A stretch of 64,000 bases of DNA from Gekko japonicus (Eukaryota), in contig NW_015160869.1 in assembly GCF_001447785.1 (NCBI RefSeq), positions 186,001 to 250,000 of the forward strand, written 5' to 3'. Shown here in pieces: positions 48,257 through 61,126 of this stretch (position 1 is its first letter; each line of letters starts with the position of its first letter). The translations under genes and the position numbers were made by a program. Below the pieces are notes generated by a model. It was not told where the DNA came from. It ran no database searches and worked only from the letters and a program-made list of their open reading frames with translations.

Positions 48257-50608
48257 GTATGAAGAACTCTGACATCTTTATAAAGAAAAATTGCAGAAAT
48301 TTTTTGGATGTGAAGAATAGCATTGCGGTATGAGCCTTGGATTTGAAAAAGGCTATGCAACATGCTGCTGATCCATGTGCTTATGTTATGCCCCAATTTG
48401 AAATCCCACTGATTAGCTATTTGGTGCCGAAAGGGGAATATGAAGGAACTAGGTCTACCCTGCCACAAAGACACAGAAAACCGGAATTACTCATAGGCGT
48501 AATGGGCAGAATGTTAACCTTTGTGAAAGGTTTCAGTGCATGCAGAGCCAGCTGTTGGATCTGAGAAAGAAGCCCATCTGTGTCAGTGTTTACCCATCCA
48601 GCTAAGTTTCTACCTGACAGAGCTGCCTCCTGTGTGCATAATACCCGGAGCTGTATCGGGGTATTTATGTACAGAGACACATTCTAAGGGCAAAGCATAT
48701 AGAGATACATTTTGCTCTGAATGTTTCCAGAGGTAATTTGGGATGTCTTGACTTTTTAATTACTGAAGGAAATGTCAGCCAATCCAGGTTTGGCAATTTC
48801 AATTCCTAACTGGAAAATGAAACAATATAAGCTGAAACTTGAGCTCTTCATTTCAGATTTTGCACCGAGAAAACTGACAGGCATTGTCTGATTAACTGAT
48901 TTTATTGTAATAATTTTGTGAGATACTCAATAATAAATAATAAATTCAGTATTTCACAGTGTCTTGTGCATGCAGCCTTTCTCCCCCTTTAATTAGATTG
49001 GCTCTTACACTCTGTTTGTGGCGGGGGGGGGGGTCTTCCTTTGTGTTGTTATCATCTGCAACATATGTCATCAGACACCCATCCAAAAAGCCCTGTACAC
49101 AATTAAATGTAACTGTTGGACTCATTTGACATACTGTACTTCTTATATAGGTCAACTGAAAACTGGAAATGACAACCAGCTTAAAGGGAAGTGCAGGGGT
49201 AAATATGGGGAACCTTAGAAGTAATTTTCAGTAAAGTTAATAACATTTCTCTGGGAGGCCTCACACCTCTCTAACTTGCCTTTGAATTTTCCTTAATACT
49301 ATGCCATTAAAGGTATCTGAATCTGAATTTTCCTTAAAGTGAAATCTAGATTTAGAAAATGCTGTTCAGGTAAAATATCTGTAGGAATTGCAAGGAAAGA
49401 AAAAAAAAGGATTCCTGAAAGAGTATTATTTTATGAACCTCTCTTTTGAGGTCAAACTTGTAGGGCAGGCTTGATGGCCTTAAAGAAGTACAGAAGAGTC
49501 TTTCTGTACTCTGACTCATGCTGGTAGGTCATGAGTCTCCCAATAGATCTCAGTGATGTTACATTTTTATGCACCATTGTCTTTTTTCATTCCTTTGTTT
49601 TTCTTTTTGGTGTGTGAATATGAATTTTATTTATATGCATGAATTCAAAAAGTATTTGAACCTTTTGCAAAAATTTAACAATAATTTAAAAAATCAGGCA
49701 ACAGGCAGGCTCTCAACAACTAGTGGCATGTCTATATGGGCTTTTCTTCAAGGGTTGGACACAATGATCTACTGCATCTGATCCCTGCAGTCTATACAAC
49801 TGTGGATCTTCAACTCCTACTAACCCTGTATCTGTCTGTATAGCAGATGGAGGCAATAATTAGATCCAAAGAGTAATGCACATTTGTGAGAGAGCCACAT
49901 GTGCAAGCATGTAAAGGAGACACTAAAGACACAAGCACTTTGTTTTAAAAGCAGCTTACCCTTTTCACTGTGGAAACTGCTAGGGCAAAAACAACTAGTA
50001 AAAACACATCTGTACATGTAGGTCACTTCTATGTGTTCATGCTGTTGGATCTTCACCATTATGTGGGACAGCTGCTCTCACTAACCCACATTTAGAAAAG
50101 GTACATTGTACAAACTGCTGGAAATAACTATTTCATAATGTATAATGGCTTCACAAGTTCACATAGAAAACTAGTACATCGAGAAGTCCATTTATGTGCT
50201 AGATTTCCAAAAAACAAGACGTTTTTGACATTTAGGAGGACTCATGTATATATTTCCCCCCCATCTGCATTATAAAGTGGTGCAGTCCCTGAAGGACTCT
50301 GCTGTGGCCTTTTCTGAATGAACAGATTAGTCCTGGGTTGCTAGCACAACTTCAAAATACTGCAGGAGCTAAGGAGTGAACTGTGCAATTTAATATTGGG
50401 GGGGGGATTTGTCCTATACTTCTGGTTTCATTCCAGATTACCAGACTGGGATCAAGGAATGTCCACCCATGGAGACATGCCCAGTGGCACATGGTTAATG
50501 TGACCTTGCCTGATCTATTAAATGGGTTCTGATGATATACAGACATAGAATGCACAGATGGTTTCTACTATGCACTGTATAAATGTTTCTTTCATCATTT
50601 ACCTACAG

Positions 50609-50913
50609 CAAGTCCCACCAAGGCTGGAGGGAGAGGATTTGCAAATTCGGACGAGGTGGTCCGGGAATCCAGCAGCACCACTGGCATGGTGGTTGGGATT
50701 GTGGCGGCAGCTGCTCTGTGCATTCTCATCCTCCTCTATGCCATGTACAAGTACAGAAACCGGGATGAAGGTTCCTACCATGTTGACGAGAGTCGAAACT
50801 ACATCAGTAACTCAGCACAGTCCAACGGGGCTGTGATTAAGGAAAAGCAACCAAACAGCTCTAAAAGTTCCAGCAAAAATAAGAAAAACAAGGATAAGGA
50901 ATACTATGTCTGA
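50609..50913 (+). CDS. NRXN1: Neurexin-1 terminal coding exon (juxtamembrane, transmembrane helix, cytoplasmic tail with PDZ-binding motif)
   Basis: Acceptor tttcatcatttacctacag|CA. Translates (A)[100 protein letters not shown]. The HVDESRNY segment and the GGL donor pattern fit NRXN1 better than NRXN2/3. Confidence 0.97.
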
Positions 50914-52830
50914 TCCCAACAGCCGAAAGAACAATTGTATAGAAATAGTCTTCATTTTATCTGAGACATAAAAACAAAACTTATTTACTTTACTTTTTAT
51001 GAAGCACATACAAAGTTTAAAAAAATGGGAAAACAAGAACACAGGGAATGCAATCAGAAAGGAAAGACTTTTTTTAAAAAAAAAGGAAAGAAAAAAAATG
51101 AAATAAGCATTTCATGCTCTTGTTTCGCTGAAACAGGAGTCAATAATCCCCTAACATCCACAGTGTTTTCATTTACTCTGCCGTCTTTCTGTTGCTGGAA
51201 TGTTTCGGAAGAAGATGTTGGTACTGCACATCCATAAGGCAAGGAGTATTACTACAACAAAACATCACCCAGCACAACACGAAGTGTAACAGACTGCAAC
51301 AACAAAAATGAAATCTCTCTCGCATACACACACACACAAACATACACACAAAAGAAGCTACCTACAAGTCTGGATTTCGCCAAAGTGCTAGCACTTTCCT
51401 GAGGAGTAAGTTAGTCTTATTACCCGAATAGACTCTGCCGTCCTACACAAGCCCTCGTCCAGCAGACCTCGAAAGAGTTCGCCACCCAGTCCAATGAAGC
51501 AGTGATTGAAGCTGGGGTTTGAAGTGAAGTGCTGGCTTTTCTGAATAAACCACATTTTAAAAAAAGAAAGAAAACACTTTAATAAAAAAGCCCCTTTCTG
51601 GTTGTGAAGAAAAAGTATAGCGGCCTTATTTTCAAAAATAATAATAATAATAATAATAAAGAAAAGAGGAGAAATATAAGGCTTATTTTTCACATACCAC
51701 TAACAAACAAACCTGAGGGCAAAGATGCAATCATTGGGGGGAAAATCATGCACGCTTAATATGTTATTACATATGTTTATATTAAAAAATACATCTATAT
51801 GTGCTTTCTGGACTGTGATAAGTGATGTTTTCTAGCCTGTTGTATAGAAAATGCAAACTATATCTGCTCTTCAACCATTTTTGGTAAACTCAATGTTCTA
51901 AGTGTTGCTAGGTATAGAACGTTTTACCACATCTGGAGCAACCAACCTTTCTGTTTACTTTCGCAGCCATAAGAAACTGCCACGCTGTTTCTTCCTCTCC
52001 TGCAACTGATTTTTTAACTTTTTTTTTCTTTTCTTGGTTTGTTTTAATTTACAGTGCAGTGAATATACTAAGAGGGACATGTATGAATGTATATAAGAGT
52101 CAGCTAATTTTCTTCTTAACCTGTACAGCCTCCTCTCTTCTGTTGCAGTTCAGTTATAGTAGTTTGTATGAAAGAAGTGGATTTAGAAAGCAAATATATA
52201 TAGATATAAACATCATAGTTTTCTTCTCCAATTGCCTATCCACTCCCAGTATACATCAGACAAACTTAATTGAAGTCATGTGGCTTCTGCCACCCAACCA
52301 AACTCGATACAAATGAATTATTAAGTGACCTTTGCACTCCAGTTCAGATCACATCATTGGCTGTTGTAGTTGGCTGCTCCCCAGGAAGTGAGGAAAAGGT
52401 CAAATTCCTTGGGATTCTTTCTACAAATCGTTGTCACTGTGTAGCGTTTGCCCAGCATTCATAATGCAACCACTAAAGTGGTGGTTAATCAGAGAATTCA
52501 GGTCTGTCCTTTGAATTACATAAATTCCTCACACTGAGGCTTTCCCCAGTTACGGGGAGGGGGGGGGAGAATTGTTTCAGGCATAATCTGCATGCAAAAA
52601 CAAGATTTCAAGTGCACATTTTGTTATCTGAGGAAGTATTCTGTGTTGTTTTCCTTTAAAAAAAATTCTTATCCCACCTTGCCTTCTCTTCTGAGGTAAG
52701 TTGGTTTGGTGGTTCAGTAATTAACATGCTTTAAGTTTCTCCACATAGATATAAGTATAAACATTTAATTTTTTGGGGGGGTTTGATAACATGCTTATGC
52801 TGTATGTTAGCAATTAAAAGAAAAATGAAA
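50914..52830 (+). other. NRXN1: NRXN1 3' UTR (3' end uncertain)
   Basis: AU-rich stretch after TGA with no recognisable transposon. AATAAA at 51544, 51581 and 51655; ATTAAA at 51781 and 52813. It may extend toward ~54100. Confidence 0.65.
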
Positions 52831-54448
52831 TGACTGCCCCAGCAGATCCCCAACAATAAGTCATTGTGTAACGCCTCACTTGCAGAGAGATACAAAGGGA
52901 ATACATTAGGCCAAGAGAAAGTAGTTCAGTAGAGAATCAGCCATAGCTTGAAAGGCCTCCTGGGATGAGGAGAATGGTTCACACTTTACAGACAGGAAGA
53001 AGGAATTTAAAATTAGCTTTAACCAGCAGGACACTGTATCTTCTTGCGTGCTGTTTGCTGCCACTGAAGCAAAACCCTGGGAATCATGGGAAGGCTTGGT
53101 CTTCAAAACAGCAATATTTTAGAAATGTGTGCAAAACTGTTGTGTTATTGCCATCTTTGGAAACTGCGAAACAATTTGATCACACCGTATGTCAAAAGGT
53201 TGGGTGGGGGATGATGTGAATATTTGAAGGAAGTGTCAGCAAAGCGACGTAATCTAAAAACCATTTGCCCAATCACTCTCCTCCTGTACCATTTTCACAA
53301 ATGACATGGGGAGGCCAGCAAGGGGGTCTGGCTTTCATACACAAAATGCAACAAGCTGCCAATGAGAATTTCATTTCTGTAACTGTCAGGATACGTGGAA
53401 GGGGAGAGATATTCTGCTCCTTGGAGTTCTCCACCACTGCCGCAGTTTGAGCCAACAGCAAGGTTCTCTTGTGGTTTCATATTGTCTCTGTTAACTCACC
53501 TAACTTGACCAAATTATTTTTCTGAGCAATTAACATGACTACCGAAAGAAGTAAGTAATATGGGATTGCTATTTCTAGAGAAGGTCAGTTAAAGCTGTTT
53601 TCTGGGGAGTTACTCCTGTTCTTCCTTGTTGATTTTGTGACTTAATAATGAACAAAGAAATGTTTGCATTTATCAGATGTTACAGTAGCTATATTAAAAC
53701 ACCTTCTCTTTTCAAAGTACATAACAAATACTTTAATCCCATCTCTGTAATAATCTAATTTGTTTGACTAAAGCTGCAATCCTATACACATTTACTAGGG
53801 AGTAAAATCCACTGGACCAAGTGAGACTTCTTTTGAGTAAACATGTTTAGGATTGTGCTGTGAGATGGCTTTGGGTTGGGTTTTTTTTAATTCCTGTATT
53901 GTGTTGCCTTTTTTAACAATACACTAAAATGTGTGAAATTATTCATTCCCAAAATATCAAAAAGAGGTCAGAAGCCCTTAACCTTATAGTGCTTTCTGTG
54001 ATAGGTATTTACAATTTTTTTATTTGTTGCAAGGCCAATTTATCCATTATTGGAAATGCTAAGCAAGTGGAATTTACCGTTTTGTTAATAAAATGTTTCT
54101 TAATACAAATGCTGACTCATTATTTTCTAATCCCTTTGCTTCATTTGCCATAATATGTTGTGACTCCTACAATTTAGCTACAAGATCTAGTTTCCTCACT
54201 ACCACCTTCCATTCTCCACAGGCTCCTAATTTATTTAGAAAGCTCATCCACATGTATATTGTTCTGTGTATGTCCTTGCTTCCAAACGTGGAAATGGCCA
54301 TCTGCTGAAGAAATTATGTGACCCTGCAAAAGTCTCTGAATCAGGGTAACAACGTGCAGGACTTGCAGAATGTGTAACTGTGCAATGTTTCCTATCTTGT
54401 ATTTGAAACTAAATGGGCCATCATTCTTCATACCATTTATGCCAGCGT

Positions 54449-54690
54449 GAGCCAGCATGGTGTAATGATTAAGAGCAGCAGACTCTAATCTGGACAACCA
54501 GGTTTGATTCCTCACTCCTCCACATGAAGCCTGCTGGGTTACCTTGGGCCAGTCACAGTTCTCTCTGAACTCTCTCAGCCCCACCTGCCTCACAAGGGGC
54601 CTGTTGTGTGGAAAGGAAGGGAAGGGAATTGTAAGCTGCTTTGAGACTCCTTAGGGTAGAGAAAAGTGAGGAATAAAAAAACAACTCTTA
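54449..54690 (+). mobile_element. Squam3-like SINE
   Basis: A and B boxes and body as at 9112. Confidence 0.85.
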
Positions 54691-55353
54691 GAACAGTCGT
54701 CCTTAAATATTGTTTGATAGATCTTTGCTGTTTTGGTTTGTTTGTCCTTTACCACACAGCCCCCCCTCTCCATAGAAGGATGCTCCAGTTAAGGATTTTT
54801 TACCCCCTGGGTGAACTATAACTTTGAAGTCCCCCATCTCCTAAAGCTCACCATCAATATAAAGAGAAATGAGAAGTTTAGAGACAGAATATTTTTTTAA
54901 AAAAGAAATTACTTTCCAAGTACTTTGCCCAACCCCCCCCCCCCCCAGGCCGGGCAACCACCTATTGGGTTGGGCCAGCCATGGCTTGAATGAATTCTGA
55001 ATTAAAACTCAGCTGCTTTCTTTTTCCTCCACTTGCATGCGAGAGAACATATACACAGGGATATCTTTGATTTTGTGCTATGTGTACTGCTGAAAAAGTA
55101 GTGCATCTGATTTAAATGTTAAAATGTCAGTAGAAAAATGTTGAGGATATGGTGGAAACTTTTGTTAGCATTTTTTATGCTACTTCCATTAGGGTCTTCA
55201 GGACCATTACTGGTTTATGGACCACTGTGTGCAGTCCAAAATATGAAGTCATGCAAAAGTTGCAGCATGCTATCAAATGTTAAAACTGATTGCTAACAAT
55301 ATGAAAAGTGAAGTGAGTAGTCTGGGCTCCTCTAGAACCCCAGAGTCTGATCA

Positions 55354-55715
55354 AGCATTGCCCCACCTATTCCCCCTTCTAGAGACACGCCCTACTGATG
55401 CTCCACTGTGTACAACATACAGAAAATACAACCACAAACCACTGCACAGTCTCAGATTTTCCTTTCATAAAGCCCTCCTGATCTATATATTCCCTGTTTT
55501 ATTTCATCCTAAGAAAGGATATGTTCCCACACAGCATTGCCCCACCTATTCCCCCTTCTAGAGACACGCCCTACTGATGCTCCACTGTGTACAACATACA
55601 GAAAATACAACCACAAACCACTGCACAGTCTCAGATTTTCCTTTCATAAAGCCCTCCTGATCTATATATTCCCTGTTTTATTTCATCCTAAGAAAGGATA
55701 TGTTCCCACACAGCA
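55354..55715. repeat. 179-bp tandem duplication with no differences seen
   Basis: Units start at 55354 and 55533; AGCA microhomology at all three junction positions. Confidence 0.95.
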
Positions 55716-56033
55716 ACCTAAGTATATGGTAGGCACTGTTAGAAATTTCAACAACTGTGGATTCAGGAATGTTACAGTGTATTGCAAGGTGAGAGCACAA
55801 ATATTTATTCTTTTATCTACTTACGTTATTTATAGTCCACCTTTACCAACTCAAGGCAGATTACATATAGTGAGTCAGTACAATGAACACAATGAGACAT
55901 TCAGTAACCAATGCATTAGGATATTAGAAGTCTGGAACCTCCAGAAAGAATAGCATAAGTATTCTCATGACACATTAAGTAATACAGAAATAACAGAAAT
56001 AGAATCCTACTATACAGCATTATAGACCCCAGT

Positions 56034-56842
56034 TAGGGATGGGCACAAACTGAGGAAATTAGTTCTGTTTGTGGTTTTTGACGTGCCTGGTTTGCAGACT
56101 GTGAACCACCACAAACTTTTAGAGGCCAAATGAATGGGTGAGATTTGTGGCCCAGTACAATGGCCATCCCTGCATGCTACAGACACCAAACTCACAGGGG
56201 AATTCCAGCTGATTCTCCTCTACCTGCCCTCCAGGTTTGGTGATGAGTGGCTTTACAGTGTCTGAGTAACAGTCCCCCAAAGAAGGTGCCCCCAGGAAAG
56301 TGTTTTCTGGGGAAATGACCATTATTTCCCCAGAAGGCACTTTCCTGGGGGCACCTCCTTTGGGGGGGGGGTAACTCAGACCCCGTAAATCCAATCCTCG
56401 CCAAACCTAGAGGGCAGGCAGAGGAGAGTCAGCCACAGATTTCCTGCGAGTCTGATTTCTGCAGCTTGCACAGGATCCATTCTACAGATTCCTGAACCTG
56501 TGCCTGTCAAAATGATGGGTCATTTTGACAGGCGCAGGTTCAGGAGTGTGTAAAACAGATCCTGTGCGAGCTAGAGACATCAAAGTCACAGGGGACCTCC
56601 CCTGGATGCTCTTCTACATGCACTGCTAAGCCCCCCCCCCCAATAGCTTTGATGTTTAGATTGAACAGAGACTGTCTGGAAATGTATCCATTCATGAACC
56701 AGCACAAACCTCCATGAACAGCTTGAAAGTTCATGGGAAGTTTGCGCTGCTTTACCTGCCACAAACTTCACTTCTCAAACCATGAACCAGCCAAAATTCA
56801 TCACGAACCTTTAGTTCATAAGCCACTTAGTGCATATCCCTA
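56034..56842. mobile_element. hAT-type non-autonomous element (TAGGGATGGGCAC...GTGCATATCCCTA)
   Basis: Terminal inverted repeats, 8-bp TSD ACCCCAGT/ACCACAGT (7/8 match), internal hairpins. Confidence 0.82.
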
Positions 56843-57882
56843 ACCACAGTCCCTAATTAATCCAAGCAAGTTTGTCAAATCACTTTTGCTTAAAGCCAGC
56901 TGTACGTGGCTATAGTGATTCTTATACCAGCAGTAGTTTGGGAACGTCCTACTGCAGCCATGGAAATTGCTATCAGCTGTAGCCATGTACACTAGCCATG
57001 TAGTCATGTACAGATCACACTAAACGTTCTACCATGCAATTTTGTTGCTGCAACTTAAACAAGTAAATTCAGAACCCAAATACAAAAAGTGTTCAGTCTT
57101 GGAATTTGACCAGCCTACAGTAGGAAGGGATACTGTAATGTTACAAGGGTATTTTGGGTGGATTATCAGAGTGAGCTGAATCAGAGGAGGTGATCTTTAA
57201 GGTAAGTTGGGCCTAAGCCTTTATAGATTACAAGGTGAGACCTGCAAGACTTGTGGGGGAGGGAATCCAATCCTTTTTGTCCCCACTACCACTACCAGCC
57301 AACCTGACCAACAGCCCACCAGCATGCAGAACTCTTGCCAATGGCTGCCTGGCTTTCATGGTGGTGGGGTGGCAGGTGGACAGCTCCAGGTCCTTCGCCT
57401 ACCCACAGTGCCACTGCCTGCCTGGCTCATTTGGTAGTGGTTCCATCTCTCACTTCTACTTCCTGCCTGGCACATGTGACAGCAGCAGCAGCTCTTTCTC
57501 TCTCTCAACCAGTTTAGGCAGTGGTTCCTGCTTCACCCACCCCCCAGCCTGCCAGAAGCAGATGTTCCAGGAACTTTATCCCACCTCCATTATGGGTGGC
57601 TTTCACATTCTTCTACACCCTCCTTGGTCCCTCAGATCTGCAGAAGAATACCTTGGAATCCAGGCAAAACTGTTGTGGTTACCTAGTTACCTAACAACAG
57701 TCAACGAGGACATCTGTTTCTTAAAGCTATAAGCACCTTTTATATTTTGGGGGGATTAACCCCCCTCCCCCAATGCATTTATTTTTAGATTTCCATTTTT
57801 TCTGCAAACTAGTCTACAGATTTAAGTATCCTCAGAGTTGGCCAAGTTGAGAATTGGGTATATTAATAACTAGTATTACCCA

Positions 57883-58173
57883 TACGGTTCCCAAGTACTT
57901 ACCGCAATCTGGCAGAGGACACATGCTCCTCGGCCGGAACATTCCTCCCTGTAACACACCATGCCGTCACCAGGAAGTGACGCTGGGTGACGCTCTGACA
58001 ATGGGGCTGAAAACTCGATTATACCATCAAGTTTCCAGCCCCATTGCTAGAGCGTCACCCGGCGTCAATTCCTGGCGACAGCATGGTGCCGCGTGTCTGT
58101 TGTCCACACGGGAATGGTCCTGGGAAGACTTATGTGTCCCCTGCCAAATCATGGTAAGTACTTGGTAAGCCTG
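57883..58173. mobile_element. TAGGGTTGCC-family palindromic MITE
   Basis: ccaagtacttacc...ggtaagtacttgg inverted ends; TSD ATTACCCA/ATTACCTG (6/8 match). Confidence 0.75.
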
Positions 58174-58654
58174 ATTACCTGGAAGAAAACAGCAGCCAAT
58201 TTGGATGCTAAAAAAATGGTTACGTGTTCCCATAATAGGACTATTAGTCACTTCAGCAGATTGCTTATAAGAAAGATGCTGAAAAGCACAAAAACTCTGC
58301 TGATTTTCTATCCATTCCACTATGCTATTTGCATTACTAATGTTTTTTTAAGACCCCCGAAGGGGATTTTTTAAAAATAATACTACATAAACTACAAAGA
58401 AAAGAAGGGAAGGGGAGCTACAACTAAGGAGAAAGAAAAGTAACCCACACTAAACTAAAAACCCAAGAGTAGGAGATCATTACCCTGTTAGACTGCAGTT
58501 GGTAAGGCAAAAAAAAAAAAACTTAATAAACAATATACTTTGTGAGATCCTGTCTTTCTAAGCTTATGTGTTAGTTTATTACTTGTTATGAGAAGATTTC
58601 CAGAGCATCTCCTCCAGCTCTCTTCGTAAGGGCAATTTTCAGAGTCCTTCTGCT

Positions 58655-59630
58655 TTTTTTTTTGTGTTGTTCAGTCACACAGTCGAGTCCGACTCCCGTC
58701 TTCTTTGACCTTCAATCTTTCCCAGCATCAGGGTCTTTTCCAGTGAGTGCTCCCTTCTCATTTGGTGGCCAAAGTATTTGAGCTTCAGTTTCATTATCTG
58801 GCCTTCCAGGGAACAGTCAGGGTTGATTTCTTTGAGGATTGACTGATTTGTTCTTCTTGCAGTCCAAGGGACTCTCAAGAGTCTCCTCCAGCACCATAGT
58901 TCAAAAGAATCTATTCTTCGGCGCTCGGCCTTCCTTATAGTCCAACTCTCACAGCCATACATGACTACTGGGAATACCATTGCTTTGACCATGCGGACTT
59001 TTGTTGGCAGGGTGATGTCTCTACTTTTTATCATGCTGTTTAGGTTCGCCATCACTTTCCTCCCAAGGAAATCTTTTAATTTCATGGCTGCTGTCACAGT
59101 CTGCGGTGATCTGGGATCCCAGGAACGTGAAGTCTGTCACTACTTCCACGACTTCCCCTTCTATTTGCCAAGGAGTGATGGGGCCGGATGCCATGATCTT
59201 AGTTTTTTTGATGTTGAGCTTCAAGCCCACTTTTGCGCTCTCCTCTTTTACCCTGAGCAAGAGGCTCTTTAGGTCCTCTTCACTTTCTGCCATTAGAGTG
59301 GTATCGTCTGCATATCTGAGGTTGTTGATCTTTTCCCCAGCAATCTTAATTCCCGCTTGTGATTCATCCAGGCCAGCATTTCGCATGATGTACTCTGCAT
59401 ATATATTAAATAAGCAAGGCGACAATATACATCCTTGTCGTACTCCTTTTCCTATGCTGAACCAATCAGTTGTTCCATATCCGGTTCTAACTGTCGCTTC
59501 TTGGCCCTTATACAGGTTTCTCAAGAGACATGTGAGGTGGTCTGGTACTCCCATCTCTTTAAGGACCTGCCATAGTTTGTTGTGATCCACACAGTCAAAG
59601 GCTTTAGCATAGTCAATGAAGCAGAAGTAG
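58655..59630 (-). mobile_element. RTE-BovB LINE fragment (reverse transcriptase to 3' end; frameshifted, internally deleted)
   Basis: YFCFIDYAKAFDCVDHNKLW...GVRQGCILSPCLFNIY...NNLRYADDTTL, then KVRMVKAMVFPVVMYGCESWT...; 3' tail gactgaacaacac. Confidence 0.95.
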
Positions 59631-60450
59631 CTATGCTTATGCAAATGCATCCGAGAGGCGTCCCTCTCATCAGGATTCCAATCGCTCAAAAGGTTTCAGG
59701 GGGGGATTTACGCTTCTGTTTACGGTTCGCTCATTTTAATTCACAGTTCATTGTTTCTTAACCACACTCGTAATAGCTCCTTCACCAGATCTTCTGCACT
59801 TGACTGGGTTGGCACATCTTGTGCCTCGCTAAGAGGATGCAGACAGCAGGGAGGACCGTCAGGGCAGAGGGCAGCCTCAATTTCCCTGCAAATAGCAGGA
59901 AAAGAGGCTCACCCTCAAAAGCCCTATGGCCTCGGGGGCCTCCCTGACCCCCCGTGGAGGTGCCGATCCAGCGGCACCCCTCCCCTCTGCTGCTGTGCAG
60001 AGCGCCCTCCCCGAGCCTCAGGAAAGGCATCCGCCATCGTTGAACCGTAGACCCCGCGTCTGCATTACTAATGTTAAACAGATCTACTATACCAATAGTT
60101 ACAGATTCTGTAAAGAACAACGTATTTCAGAAAAATATCAGAGCCTTACAAGTAATTTAAACCTTGTGAGTCTGTGGCTGGCAGAGAGGTTTGACTGCAA
60201 CTATCTTTAGCCGGCTACTTGGATGGAGGAGGAGGGGGTTTAAACCCTGTCCCCTTCCACGGCTTGCCAGCGAGCCCCATGGCTGCGGGGCTCCCGGGCA
60301 AGCCAATGCTTAGATGGGCTGCTGGGAGCGGGGGTGGGGCTTGGTCATGTGCCCGCCCCCGGGGCTTCTCACTCCTGGAGCCCTGCTCCTGTGTGCTCCG
60401 GCTCCAACCGACCCCTGCAAACCAGAGACCAATTCAGTTCCATCATCTGG

Positions 60451-61126
60451 TGTTTGTGAGATCGAATGTGTGAAAATCATGGTAACAGTATTAAAGCAAG
60501 TCCAAGAAATGATCCCGAAAACGGAAACCTGTATGAGTACTGCGCTACAATAATAGTTTAAGTATCTAAAGTGACAGTGTAATAATCCAAAGTGCAAATT
60601 AATAAAATGTTAACGATGACCTTCGGAATGTTCTACCGTTTCGATAATAATCTTCTTCGGAACAAAGATGAAGAATATGTAACGCCTCTAGTCAATGTCT
60701 CAACTGGTACATATCAATAAGTCTCACTGAAGTGTCATGACATCATTTTATAAGGTTCCAAATGATTCTTAGAAGGCACTTTACAGCATTTTGCCCTTCT
60801 AAGAATCATTTGGAACCTTATACAATGATGTCATGACACTTCAGTGAGACTTATTGATATGTACCAGTTATTGACTAGAGGCGTTGCATATTCTTCATCT
60901 TCGTTGGGAAGAAGATTATTATCGAAACGGTAGAACATTCCAGAGATCATCGTTAACATCTTATCATTTGCTTATTTTTGTACTTACCTTGTGAAATGTT
61001 GATTGTGTGTATATTTGCACTCTGGATGACTACACTGTCACTTTAAATACTTAAACTATTTTTGTAGCACAGTACTCATACAGGTTTCCATTTTCTGGAT
61101 CATTTCTTGGACTTGTTTGTGAGATC
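60451..61126. mobile_element. ~620-bp foldback element (Penelope-like) with hammerhead-like motifs in both arms
   Basis: Arms 60497-60776 and 60795-61115 around an ~18-nt loop; 13-bp flanking direct repeat tgtttgtgagatc; motif gaaga-a-gat(tatt)atc-gaaac in each arm. Confidence 0.75.

Larger units (their letters stand above)
26142..50608 (+). other. NRXN1: NRXN1 last intron (GT...AG, ~24.5 kb)
   Basis: Phase-1 GT donor and polypyrimidine-CAG acceptor join the two exons in frame (G+CA = Ala). Confidence 0.92.

Noticed and set aside
26142-50608. NRXN2/NRXN3-type extra splice-site-5 exon in the last intron
   Set aside because: No ORF resembling such an insert was recognisable.
51399-51435. CTGAGGA plus small hairpin in the 3' UTR
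   Set aside because: No GAAA box after the stem, so not a hammerhead.
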